From positions 3,348,001 to 3,412,000 of the forward strand of contig NC_042998.1 of NCBI RefSeq assembly GCF_006345805.1: a stretch of 64,000 nt of DNA, in the 5' to 3' direction. This DNA comes from Octopus sinensis (Eukaryota). The notes beneath the pieces were generated by a model. The model made no database searches. It saw only the letters and a program-made list of their open reading frames with translations, and was not told where the DNA came from. The number at the start of each line of letters is the position of its first letter. Position 1 is the first letter of the stretch. A program made the position numbers and the translations under genes. This document shows positions 39,801 to 53,156 of this stretch, piece by piece.

Positions 39801-40429
39801 ATATCAAAGAGGTATACCGACAGAGATCAAAGAGGAGTGCCGATAGAGATCAAAGAGGAATGCCGACAGAGATCAAAGAGGAGTACCGACAGAGATCAAA
39901 GAGGAATGCCGACAGTGATCAAAGAAGAGTATCGACAGAGATGAAAGAGGAATGCCGACATAGATCAAAGAGGAGTACCGACAAAGATCAAAGAGGAATG
40001 CCGACAGAGATCAAAGAGGAATGCCGACAGAGATCAAAGAGGAATGCCGACAGAGATCAAAGAGGAATGGCGACAGAGATCAAGGAGGTGTACCGACAGA
40101 GATCAAAGAGGCGTGCCGACAGAGATCGAAGAGGAATGCCGACAGAGATCAAAGAGAAGTGCCGAAAGAGTACCGACGGAGATCAAAGTGGAATGCCGAC
40201 ATAATTCCGATAGAGATCAATGAGGAGTGCAGACAGAGATGAAAGAGGAGTACCGACAGAGATCAAAGAGGAATGCTGACAGAGATCAAAGATGAGTGTC
40301 GACAGAGTTCTAAGAGGAGTGTCGACAGAGATCAAAGAAAGTGCCGACAGAGATCAACTCGGAAGTTTGGACCCCCAGCCAGGTCTTTCGCGACACCCTT
40401 AAAGCTAGGAACTTTTCAGAACCCACTCA
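36807..40429 (-). mobile_element. Second copy of the same mariner MITE, split by the satellite array
   Basis: 36807-36947 and 40356-40429 join into a reverse-complement homologue of 35941-36159. Confidence 0.85.
36948..40355. repeat. 23-bp tandem satellite, about 148 units, consensus GAATGCCGACAGAGATCAAAGAG
   Basis: Read directly; main variant GAGTACCG; 3408 bp. Confidence 0.98.
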
Positions 40430-40588
40430 TATACACTTACAAACACACGCACAGGCATCTCCAAAATAAAAAGATCCCCTCTTACATAGTTTCCTCTGCG
40501 GGGACACGACTCATTAATACTATACCCAAACGGGTTCAGATATGTCTACTAAATACTAGATGAAATATTTAAATGCCTCGAGTGATAT

Positions 40589-40794
40589 TACTCTTTACTC
40601 TTTTACTCTTTTACTTGTTTCAGTCATTTGACTGCAGCCATGCTGGAGCACCGCCTTTAGTCGAGCAAATCGACCCCGGGACTTATTCTTTGTAAGCCCA
40701 GTACTTATTCTATCGGTCTTTTTTGCCGAACCGCTAAGTGACGGGGACGTAAACACACCAGTGTGTCTGCTAGGGGACAAACACAGACACACAA

Positions 40795-40858
<64 letters not shown>

Positions 40859-41040
40859 AAGCCCGTTGTATATATGTATATATATATATATATATACATA
40901 TATACAACGGGCTTCTTTCAGTTTCCGTCTACCAAATCCACTCACAAGCTTTGGTTGTCCCGAGGCTATAGTAGAAGACACTTGCCCAAGATGCCGTGCA
41001 GTGGGACTGAACCCGGAACCATGTGGTTGCTAAGCAAGCT
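40589..41040 (-). mobile_element. SINE family A, near full length
   Basis: Colinear with 7150-7576. Confidence 0.92.
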
Positions 41041-41349
41041 TTTTTTCTAGATATATCTGTTTAAAAATTATTGTGACTGTTTTCTTTAGAGATGTTTGTG
41101 TATGTATACTTCGATAAATTAGTAGATAGATAAGTAGAGAGATATATATACACACACAAACACACACACATACACACACACACACACACTCACACACACA
41201 CACACACAAACATTGCAATATTATATCGAAGAAATTAGAAATAATAAAATCACGATCGTCCTTCTGTAATTGTAACTGGCACAAAGTAGAGGAGTATAGA
41301 AAAGTAATTGGGGATGATATTTGCATTTTAAGGCATGAAATCATTCTTC

Positions 41350-42050
41350 CTACGATAGGCACAAGGTTTGAAATTTTAAGGGGGGGAGGAGCAAGTCAAT
41401 TACATAGATCACAGGGTTCAACTAATAATTCTTTTATTGATCCCAAAGGGATAAAAGTCGACATCGGTGGAATTTGAACTAAAATTCTTTTTAATTTTTG
41501 GTACAAGTCCAACAATTTTCAAGGGAAGGGGAATTTGATTATATCGACCCCAGTGCGGAATTTGAACTCAGAACATAAAGACAGACGAAATACCTATTTC
41601 TATTTCTTTACTCCCCACACGGGGCTAAACACAGAGGAGACAAACAAGGACAGACAAACGGATTAAGTCGATTATATCGATCCCAGTGCATAACTTAATT
41701 TATCGACCACGAAAAGCTGAAAGGCAAAGTCGACCTCGGCGGAATTTGAACTCAGAACGTGACGGCAGACGAAATACGGCTACGCATTTCGCTCGGCCTG
41801 CTAACGTTTCTGCCAGCCCGCCGCCTTTATATTCTTTTCTACTCTAGGCACAAGGCCCGAAATCTTGGGAGAGGAGTCTAGTCAATTAGATCGACCCCAG
41901 CACGCAACTGGTATTTAATTTATCGACCTCGAAAGGATGAAAGGTAAAGTCGACTGCTGCAGAATTTGAACTCAGAACGTAAAGACCAACAAAATGCCAT
42001 TCAGCATTTTGTCCGGCATACTAACAATTTTGCAGCTCGCTGACTTCAAG
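41350..42050 (-). mobile_element. Cluster of nested or tandem SINE family B copies
   Basis: Repeated ggcacaagg...atcgacccc...aaagtcgac...gaatttgaactcagaac motifs; a young copy at about 41600-41826. Confidence 0.85.
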
Positions 42051-42554
42051 ACATGAAATAACGTAGTAAATTTAGAACAGTATTGAAGAACTTTATTTAC
42101 CTGTGTTATATACCTGGGGAACAGCAATCTTTTATGTACCTGGTTTACTTCGAATTATACTTATAGAAATGGCATCTGGAACTATGCTTAGCAATCTTTT
42201 TACCGCTATGATAGATTGCTGTTTTTATGTTTGTTATGAATATCAATATAATTATAATTGTTTTCTTGGAAAATCAACATTGGTAAGGATTTTAGCAAAA
42301 AGAAAAAAACAAAAAAATATATACATGAATATATATATATAAAAATGCTGCACTAGTAAAGCTATACAAAACTATTTTTAAATATGGAAGTTGGTAATTC
42401 AAGTTGACATTTGTATACAAAGAATATTTGCTGCATGTCGTAAATTCTGACAAAAAATAAAGCAAAAAGAAAAAAGAACTAAGTCTGCAATCAATGTTTT
42501 CTGCACACAAAACTATTTACACTTGCATGTATAACTACATATATGCTTACACTC

Positions 42555-42587
42555 ATACATACATACATACATACATACATACATACA

Positions 42588-42619
<32 letters not shown>

Positions 42620-42752
42620 CACACACACACATACATACATACATACATACATACATACATACATACATACACACATACACACATACACACATACACACAT
42701 ACATACATACATACATACATACATACATACACACATACATATATACATACAT
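42555..42752. repeat. (CATA)n microsatellite
   Basis: Read directly. Confidence 0.95.
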
Positions 42753-43249
42753 AAAGACACACACGCACCTGTCTGTCTGCCTGTGTATATTATATCTCGC
42801 TCTCTTTTTGTCTCTTCCCCATTCTCTCGCTATATATGTAAATGTGTGTATGTATGTATATATTTATATACATATGCATATTTGTGCACATATCTATCTT
42901 TCTGACTACATGTACATACATACGTATACACACGCACACACACATATATATATATACATACGTACATAAAAAATAGTTACGTACGTACATACATACAGCA
43001 GTACATATATTAAGATATATATGCTTATAAGACTATATGGCTGCTTCATGTTGTCAGATGTTAATGATAGTCGTGTCATTAATGTGACATCTGAACATTA
43101 CTGGAATATAGTGGCATACACTTGTATAAGCATAACACACTCTGTATAGAGAATTAAACGTTCAGCGAGAAACCAGAGTAAGATGACTTCAAACTAAGTT
43201 AACGAACTTATTTGTCTATGATCAAATGAACAGTCGGAGGGATACATTT

Positions 43250-44050
43250 CAAGGTGGCAATATATGAAGGTTATGTGCTTGGTTCAGAAGAAATACCTAC
43301 TTAATACATGGCTTCTCTCTGTATTTTCTGCAAGTTTATGTCAAAAACATGGACGATAAGAATAGCCACGTCGTGTCACATGATACTTCAAGAACATAAG
43401 GAAAAAGTTTGCTCGAGGCAATGATCCCTATCTAATTTTATAACGAGGAAAATATATAAGCCATTCTATCGTGATATCTATCAATACTGTGACTATTTTT
43501 ACGATATCGGACTATAGATGCCACAAGATCCTTGCAATGCACAGAAATGTATCCAATAATGGTATCTATAATAAGAACACGTAGTGAAAGAATATAATAC
43601 TAAGATCAAAAACAAGGTTCCTGGTCTCTTCTGCATAAGATAAATCAATGGTCCACTGCTACTTGACCACTCTGTCAGTATTCGAACACAAATCCACTGC
43701 TTTGCGAGTACCTTGAGATAGGAAGATGTTAGGGGATTCAACTTCAAAGTAAATCAAATAATGGAGTCTTTCAGGAGGTCCAGAACCCACTTTGGCACCT
43801 TTCCTACAACTGCATGGTTGGTCGAGCTCGCCAGCCCTATAAGGCAATTCGCCGAAAAGAAGGTCACTCCAATGTAAAACCTATATCTTGCTGGTCAGCC
43901 ATCATAGCCCACTGATCCACCGTATTCAGACTTGCAAATCTAAAGAGTAGAATCAGATTGTGCAGACTGACACATAGTTTAAAACCACTAAACGCGTGAA
44001 GGATCGGTTTACATAGCAACTTAAGGACGAGTCGCGTTTCCGCGTGATCT
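43250..44050 (-). mobile_element. Possible DIRS-type tyrosine recombinase fossil
   Basis: Weak collinear motifs GLASST, KVPKWVLDLL and LDTFLCIARIL resemble DIRS YR GL..STI, P.W.L..VL and LCPVRAL; heavily degraded. Confidence 0.35.
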
Positions 44051-45718
44051 TCGGCCACGACAAAACTCATATATATATATATATATCAATTAATTATATC
44101 AGCAGTTTATATTTGCTGTTGAGAAAATAGCGCGGTGACGATGGATTTTGAAAATTTAGAGTATATAGACTTGAGGCGTCGTTGGTGTCGCCTCGTGGAT
44201 ATATATTTTCCTTGGCTTCTTTGCTGACGAGACAGGCCAGATGTAAACAAATTTAATTTAATTTAATTAAATGGGTTTACCAAAGTGTCGAAACTATGCA
44301 TAGTCCAAAGATTATAAGGGTAAATGTTTTTATTTCACCTTTGATTTCAGAATTACAACTATTTAGCGGTTTGAGTTTGGCTGCTCTTTCTAGTGGGTCG
44401 AATGGCCTATCAGGGCCATTCCTTAATATTGTTGAATATATATATATATATATATATACATTCTTTTATTCTTTTGCTTCAGTCATTTTTAGTCGAAAAT
44501 ATAGACACCAGGATTTATTCTTTGTAAGCCTAGTACTTATTCTATCGATTTCTTTTGTTAATTTGCTAAGTTACAGGGACATAAATACACCGCCATCGTT
44601 TTTCAAGCAATGGCAGGGGGACAAACACAGACACACCCACATATAGTTATGATATATTCCATTAGGAACGTGGTAGAGTACAATATAAAGCTCATCCACC
44701 TACAGCATTGCTAAGTACTATTCGGTTGTATTATTATATACTTCCAAGTTTAAGTTTGGGCATTCGTTGTGTGTGAATATAAAACTGAAGAAATTGGAGC
44801 CAACAAGAAGGAGTAGGGTTGGACAGTGATTTTTTTAATCGCTGCAATTGTTTCGGCGGAGAACTACGCTGCTACAGTTGCCATGTGGTTGGGAAGCTAC
44901 ACCTGCGCCTGACGTAGCATTCCAGTTGATCGATGAATGCTTGATGAGATCTGAGCCATAAACTTAAGGCCAGAAACTATTAATTACCATAGATATATTA
45001 AACAACAATTATACAAAAAAAACAAGAGTGGGGAGAAAGGGAGAAAGATTGAGAGAGTGGGTGAGAGAGAGAAAGAGAGAGAGAGAGTGGTGGGGTTGCC
45101 AGCTATCAAAACAACCTTTGAATGTCGCATCATATACTGCTGAGATTAAGTAACTCTTTCGCTGCAGTGCATTCATTGAAAACGTTTATATATACAAAAC
45201 AAGCGGCATCATGATCGTTGAAACGAGCGCTCTGGAAAGTATTGTTTAACCAATAAACAAGGAAGCAGTACAGTTCTGCAGCAACAAATCATCAGAAAAA
45301 GGCATTCTTCTTATAAGCAGAATGTCGTATAGTTACGGTGTTTAGAATGTATCAGAGTGACGATACTAACAGATATAAAGATAGTAATTTATACGGAGCA
45401 ACAGAGAGCCAGTCATTGGATTTGGCTGAAGAGGAATAATTACACCTGGATGTAAAAGTGACGGGGTGGTGTGAAGCAGGTGTGTGTGTGCCAATATGGC
45501 AAAAATGCCCGAGGAGGAAGTGAACTCTACGAATTATGACATTCGGGAGAGAGTAAATAAACCAATTATCAATTTATTGTAAGGGGAAAGTATAGCAAAA
45601 AAAAAAACAACAAACAAACAAACAAAACAAAAAATGCAAAACAATACTATTATCATTATCAATTTTTAAAATTTACTTTCCCGAAAGGCAAACCGCGTAG
45701 ATCTCATGTCTTCCGCAG

Positions 45719-45767
45719 CCATTTTTGCAATGACAGTTCCAGGTCCAAATAGGGAGATTCGACGATC
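45719..45767 (+). other. Candidate 49-nt exon (one open frame: IFAMTVPGPNREIRR)
   Basis: tcttccgcag acceptor and GTAAGT donor around a CpG-containing unique segment; no homology recognised. Confidence 0.3.
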
Positions 45768-47638
45768 GTAAGTTAGGCAAAGTTTTTAATTAAGTATGCG
45801 TTATATATATATATATATATATATATACATAAACGCATACATTCATATATGCATATATATATATATATGTATGCATATATGAATGTATGTGTTTTTAAAT
45901 ATATATATACACACATACATACATACATATATATATAATATATATATATATAGAATGGACGAAAGCGCTATTATATGATATATGACATACATATGATGTA
46001 TAAAAACATGTAATATACAAATAAATATCTGTAAATATAAAACCATCCAAATTTCTGAGTACCTCATTTCTTCTAATATAAAATTCCTGTACATCATCTC
46101 CAAACCTTCTAATATATATATATAAATATATATATCGTGAGCATATCTACAAATCTATTCTTGATGTGGGGACCCGGACTTATTGTAATAACTTGATGTG
46201 ACTATTTGCAGGTTGCATACCCATTACTTCTCGCACATATCGTCTGCAATTTATGATATCGTATACATATGCATATATGCATGTATATGTAATAATAACG
46301 CAAAAAGAACGAACCTTTAGCTCGAAGAACAAATTAAGTGGCTCATCGGATTTATTACTTTATTGTTTTTACTTGTATGATTATGCATACATGCATACAT
46401 TCATATACTGAAACACAGATCTATGCATATGTTTCTGTAAGCACTTGAGTGAAAAAATAGCTATGTAAATTTGTGCATGTTTTTCTCTGGTGTCCCATCG
46501 AGCGTGGGGGTGGTTTTGTATACGTGTGTGTGCAATTCTGAATTTGTTGAAATGTGAAAAAAAAATGTAATTAAGTTTCACTTGAATGTAAAAATAAATA
46601 CTAACTCGCTGATTTCGTTAAACGGTGAATTCGAGAATTTTAAGAAACGCTTAGCAACGGAAGAAAGCTTCAAAGTTTTTAAACCAAACTAGCCTGACCG
46701 GAGCCTCTTTTTGACAATATGGCGAAATGTAACATTTGTTGTGGTTACGATATGTTTGTATGTTAAACTCTTTTGTTTATTAATTTGTATTTTTAATCTG
46801 TGTGAAGGGAAAAACTAAAACTGGATATTTTCTGGCGAAATGTTTATTTATAAAGCTGACGACAAAATGCATTTGGATATTTTTTATGCTATTTAGCATG
46901 CAAAGCGAAAATACGGCAAAGATTTTATAATGCAACAGCATCACCACCAACAACAATAACAACAAATTATGACTAAGAGCATTGCAGTGAACTGCTGACA
47001 AGAAGATTGGTGTAATGTCATGTTCGTGAAGTACTGAATATGGATACATGCAATATAGGATCTTAAAAAGCAAATCTCCACGGAAAGTGGGTGTAGAAAA
47101 AATACGATTAAATATTTAAGCTCAAAGACACGAAATATGGTCGGTACAAAGCCGTTTACAGCAGTATAGAATATATCTTATCAGAGAGAGGGGAGCTATT
47201 GGCATGTATATGGTGAAGAGATATATTTCCCTATGGTATGAAGCCAAGGAAAATATAACCCTGGGAATAGAGTTGACTTGAAAGATGGTATTGAATTATG
47301 TAAAAAAAATAAGTTATTGGGTGGGTGGGTGGCTTAAGGTCAGTTAGTACATAAAATATTTCTAAACACTGGGGTGGTATATTGGTAGGATCGAGTGTCT
47401 GGAAAAACGTTTTACAGTATTTCTTTCGGCTTCTTACTTTTTGAGTTACCGTCGAGGGCATTCAACTTTGCCTTTTAACTTTTCGATTAAAATACCAGTC
47501 AATTACTCGGGTCGATGGCATTTCTCCCTTCAAAAATTCTGACCTTGTGCTTAACTCGGAAATCAATATTTGTTAAAACTTAAGGCCGCGAGTCGACAGA
47601 ATCTTTAGCACAACGGGCAAAATGCTTAGCAATGCTTA

Positions 47639-47669
<31 letters not shown>

Positions 47670-47780
47670 TATATATATATATATATATAATATATATATT
47701 ATATATTATATTATATTAAATTAGAGATAAAACCACTATTAGGCAAATCAAATAGTGAAAAACATAAGCCAATACATAGC

Positions 47781-47834
<54 letters not shown>

Positions 47835-47937
47835 AACAATTGAGGATAAAATCTTTAAAAGAAATTATCAGTAGTCAGCGTGAAAAACCTCGTAAGAGAA
47901 AAAACCCGCAAATTCTTCCTCCTTGAAAATATTCATT

Positions 47938-48094
47938 TATATTATATTGAGGGTACTACTATTCGTAGATACCAACACGCTAAGAGGGACCAATGCGGTC
48001 AAAACTACTTTTTAGTATTTTTAGTAGTTTTGACCGCATTGGTCCCTCTTAGCGTGTTGGTATCTACGAATAGTAGTACCCTCAATATAATATA
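47938..48094. repeat. Near-perfect palindrome with about 70-bp arms inside a TA tract
   Basis: attgagggtactac...gcggtcaaaactact versus agtagttttgaccgc...gtaccctcaat. Confidence 0.9.
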
Positions 48095-48277
48095 TATATA
48101 AATAATATATATATATATATAGTTGCCAATATAGATCGTTAGCCACTACATACATTTTTCTCTCTCCTTGTTTCTTTCTGTGTCCCTTTCTGTAGGAGAG
48201 CGTAGGCTCGAAACGTAAAAGACTTTTTCTATTCCTGAGCGTTATACTAATACATCTGTTTGTTTTGTACACCATCT

Positions 48278-48315
<38 letters not shown>

Positions 48316-48699
48316 TGTATATATATATTTAGTTACACATGCGGATATTGGTACATTGGTACATATAAACATACACAGACGTCCGCATACTTTGGCAATA
48401 ACGAACGGGCACTCCTGCATCGCTCCGTTGCCATTAAAGTCACAATTATCTCTCATGCCTTTCAATTATTCAGAGGTCGTACATGTGAGGAGAACCTACG
48501 TGCGTTTTCCCGAAAACACTTCTTTCTTTTCATGTCTCCTTTCTTCTCTTTCTTCTCTTCGTCTCTCCTGGGAAGAAATACTAAACTTTCAATCTTTCTA
48601 TTCTCCCTTAAGCGTCAGCTAATAATATTAACTGTGAATATATCTGGTATCCTTGTTGTTTTGTTATTTGTGTTTGCCTTTAAACTTACACACACCACA

Positions 48700-48742
<43 letters not shown>

Positions 48743-49681
48743 CATTATGCATATATATACAAATTGTATATTATGCGTAATACGTACGTTGTTCAATATT
48801 TCATACATGTAATCATACAACTAATCTTTTGAGTATCCCCCTTATCACATCAACATTTAACATCCATTTTTCATGGGTTGGCATGGGTTGGACGGCTTGA
48901 CAGGAACTGGTAAGGCCAGGAACTGCACCAGGTTCCTTTGTATGTATGTATGTATGTACAGATTGTTTAAAGTGGTGCACAGGTTTTTCTTTTATAGTAA
49001 TGTGTCAGTCCACTTTTAATCACTTGTTGGGGGGGGGGGTCGGAATCCTTCCATGACATATATGTATGTGTGCGTGTGTGAGTGTGTGCGTGTGTGTTTG
49101 CGTTTGTGTTTGTATGTTTTGAGTATTTTCTCGTCGACCTCGACACGTGAATGTCCATCAACTTAGCTGTTAGACTACCGAGAGACAGGATTTGTTTTTG
49201 TGGTTCGTGGCTTGTGTATATGCCCAGTCACACTTCTTGGAAATGCTGATAGCAGAAAGTTGGTGTATATATTTGTCACTTACTCAATGAACAATATACC
49301 CCATACTTTACATTAGAGCTACCCATCTCTTTGGTTAGCTGCATTCAGTACAGTTTGGTGTCCAACCCCACCCGCTAGGTTGAAAGCGCACTTCTGTAAC
49401 AAACTCAAAATTTGTAAACCCTCGCATACACACTCACACACAGTTTTATATATATGTTATTTAACTGAATGGTCTTGAATCCTCTTGAGTTCATCCAGCC
49501 TTTGACAGATCTTGAATCTTAATATCCGTAGCCCCTCCAAAGTTCTCCCTTCTCACCAAGAGGACTAGGTGTTGTTTCCGGTTTAGTCGCCGCAAGCCAT
49601 ACCATACCACAAGTTGTACTGTTTTATACATTAGCAGTAGCACTCAATATCGGCCTGACAGTCTGTATATGTATATATGTA

Positions 49682-50170
49682 CAGGGTGCGGTGAATAAAC
49701 TGTCGTCCAAATTAAGCAAAAATGAAAATAACACTGACATCTCATTTTAATAGATGTATTTACCGAAATTACATAAAAATATCTTGAAATACTAAAGATT
49801 AAATTTATTCAATAAAATAGCCATTGGCTCCAACCACGGCCTCCTGACAACGCTTCTGGACGGTCTCCTCGTTTAAGTTGGTCAATGCTGCCGTAATTCT
49901 TGCCTTCAGTTCATCATTGGTGTTACAAGGAGTTTTGTTGGTCTCTCGCTCAACTGCGCCTCATGCATAATAATCATGGGGGTTGCAGTGTGGGGAGTTA
50001 GGTGGCTAGATGTTAGGGGTCACAGAAATTGTCTGATAGCCATCACTGGATTCTCCTGCTTGTATGGCATGGTTCAGAGTTCTGTTGTCAGACATGTGGC
50101 CCTCCAGCAGCCACACTCTTGACCCAGGGCAGCACTACTTCCTCCAGGCACTTGGTGTAGGCCTCCTTGG
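49682..50170 (-). mobile_element. Tc1/mariner-superfamily transposon 3' part
   Basis: TA|cagggtgcgg TIR; minus translation YTKCLEEVVLPWVK..QQNSEPCHT..PPNSPHCNP.DYY..GAVERETNK (QQD.AP.H and SPD.NP.D motifs). Confidence 0.85.
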
Positions 50171-50171
50171 T

Positions 50172-50321
50172 GTGGCGAAAGAGTCTGCAGAAGTTCGCCA
50201 TTAATTTCTGCCGGAGCCGCGTTGAGCTTAGGTGTTTCGCTCATAAACACACACATCGCCCGGTGTGAGATTTGCACCCGCGAGTCCGCTGCTCTAACCA
50301 CTAGGCCAGGCCATGTGCCTC

Positions 50322-50324
<3 letters not shown>
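50172..50324 (-). mobile_element. SINE family C subfamily, 3' truncated
   Basis: Head homologous to 57273-57581. Confidence 0.8.
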
Positions 50325-50375
<51 letters not shown>

Positions 50376-50765
50376 CATATATATGGGTGTGTGGTGTGTT
50401 TGTGTTCTCCACCGCGTGACAACTGGTGTTAGTGTGTTTACGTCTCTGCAAGCTAGGAGTTCAGTAAAAGGAACCGATAGAATTAGTACCAGGCTTTAAA
50501 AAATTAAATCAGAGGGGCCATTCATTCGACTAAAAATTGTTCAAGGCGTTGTTCCAGCATAATATATATATATATATATATGTGTGTGTGTATGCGTGTA
50601 TGTACGTGCACGCGTGCATTGTTAGTGACTGTGTATCTAAAACATGATAGGTGAAGGACAATCAGCACGCTCTCACACACATACACTTCCACACACACAC
50701 ACAGCCACACACACACATGAACGCGACAACATATACCCTTAATTACAAACGTATCCATCAGAACA

Positions 50766-50980
50766 GGCGTTGAGCTGGCAGAAACGTTAGCACGCCGGGC
50801 GAAATACTTAGCGGTATTTCGTCTGTTGTTACGTTCTGAGGTCGACTTTGCTTTTAATCCTTTCGGGGTCGATAAATTAAGTGCCAGTTACGCACTGGGG
50901 TCGATGTAATCGACTTAATCCGTTTGTCTGTCCTTGTTTGTCTCCTCTATGTTTAGCCCCTTGTGGGCAATAAAGAAATA
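50766..50980 (+). mobile_element. SINE family B monomer with 15-bp TSD
   Basis: TSD gtatccatcagaaca at 50751-50765 and 50981-50995. Confidence 0.93.
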
Positions 50981-51232
50981 GTATCCATCAGAACAGAAAC
51001 TAAAAGTAGATACGAGGCAATTACTGAAACGTCTATTGCTACATGGTGACATAATTTGATGAAGTAATGAACCGTTTAAGTACTTAATTACTACTAATAA
51101 AAGAAACTACAATCGAACGAGTGATTTTATTAACACCGTCACTCTCCCAATATAAAGATGCGCACACCCACACACACAATGTAAGTGTACATGTATGTGT
51201 GTCTATATGTAAATATATATATATAGGCCTTG

Positions 51233-51263
<31 letters not shown>

Positions 51264-51340
51264 TACATGCATACATATATATACATATGTATATATATTT
51301 ACATACCTACACACACACACACACATATATATATATTATT

Positions 51341-51530
51341 TTATTCTTTCATTTTTTTCAGCCATTTGACGGCGGCCATGCTGGAGTACCGCCTTTAGTC
51401 GAGGAAATCGACCCCAGGACTTATTCTTTGTGAGCCTAGTTCTTATTCTTTCGGGCTCTTCCGCCGAACCGCTATGTTACGGTGGCGTAAACACACCAGG
51501 AACGGTTGTCAAGCGATGTTGAGGTGACAA

Positions 51531-51609
<79 letters not shown>

Positions 51610-51767
51610 TACTATGGGCTTCTTTCAGTTTCCGTCAACCAAATCCACTCACAAAGCTTTGGTCGGCCAGAGGCTATAGTAGAAGACACTTGCCCAAGGT
51701 GCCACGCAGTTGGACTGAACCTAGAACCGCGTGGTTGGTATGCAAGCTACTTACCGCACAGCCACTC
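51341..51767 (-). mobile_element. SINE family A, full length
   Basis: Colinear with 7150-7576. Confidence 0.9.
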
Positions 51768-52934
51768 ATGTATAAGCATCTTCGTACATTGATATATGTT
51801 TATGCATGTAAATATGTATATACATGTGAATACATACAAAGGTGTATACACATCTGTGTGTAAGTGTATGTGTGTGTGTGTGTTGTCATGAATCAGATTA
51901 ATACTTCGAAGTACAACCTTACTTGCAGGTGCGACAGCGTATACAAATCGCTGTATCACATCGCGTATAACATCGTAACTTTAGTAGTATGTTTTCTACT
52001 GGAAAGCTTAAACCATTCTATCGTTAAATCTCCGATTCCTTTGACTAGAATTTTATGCCAAATCCATTCCCATAACAACAACAGCAACAACAATATCAAC
52101 AACATCTATCAACAACAGTAACAACATATTAGTATTATAAACAGTGCTACAAATATTACTATTTAATGGTAGTATTAGTAGCGGTGGTGGTACTAGAAGA
52201 GATAACAAAGGCTTATAAGAGATAATATTCTGGTGTATAAGAAATATGTAACTTGCGTCAGTCTATCGATGTAGTCTGGAATTTAAGTAAGGGATATCAT
52301 TTTAGGGATCAGTGAGATATAATCAGCCCAGATTATGAGTATGGTTACAAAACCGAGACATTGCTTAATATAGCTCACATTTTTTACCTTGTTCAAATCA
52401 GGAATAATCTATATGTATGTGTGCACACGTGTGTATGTATGTATGTATGTATGTATGTATGTATGTATGTATGTATGTATATATACATATACATACATAC
52501 ACCACAACACACCACAACATACACCACCAACACACCACAACATATGAAAGAATAAGATCCCCATAAACTGATAACAATATAAACAAAACTAAAAACATAA
52601 TAAAATACACAGATAAACAAATAGAATTAAATAACTTTATACATTAACAAAATTTTAAAAGAATTTTTAAATAATAATTTATTTAAATACGAAAAATGAT
52701 AAGTAGGTGTAAACACATGAACAAAATAAACAAAAACAAAAAGCAAATTACACGAACGTGTATAAACAGGAGATACAAATATTACAGGCACCCCCCATAC
52801 ACACACTAACTAAACATAGACATGCATAGGAGTATACGCATCCGCAAATAAAGACACATAAAATAGGAATACAAAATACAAAATGGCTGACTGTTAGTAA
52901 GGAGAGACACACAAATAAGAAAGAAGAAAGGAAA

Positions 52935-52980
52935 GGACCACTGATGAGGTCACGGAAGTGTGACGAAAGAACTCTGGCCG
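52935..52980 (+). ncRNA. Minimal type I hammerhead ribozyme motif with intact core
   Basis: cca CTGATGA g gtcac ggaagt gtgac GAAA g aa c TC tgg. Confidence 0.7.
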
Positions 52981-53093
52981 AAATAAGATTAAGATTAATG
53001 TAAAAAATAAATAAAGCTGAAGCAAATTAACACCAAATATATAGTGCCTGTGTTTTTACTGGCTAAAAACTGGCAACATGACCATTCCTAAAT

Positions 53094-53156
<63 letters not shown>

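Noticed and set aside
36948-40355. CRISPR array or repetitive protein gene
   Set aside because: Units are contiguous with no unique spacers, there are no cas genes, the context is eukaryotic, and the ORFs are broken by scattered stops and indels.
46718-46818. aatATGGCG start with a hydrophobic peptide near an RFX-like half site
   Set aside because: It stops after about 32 codons, and the motifs are too short to support a promoter call.
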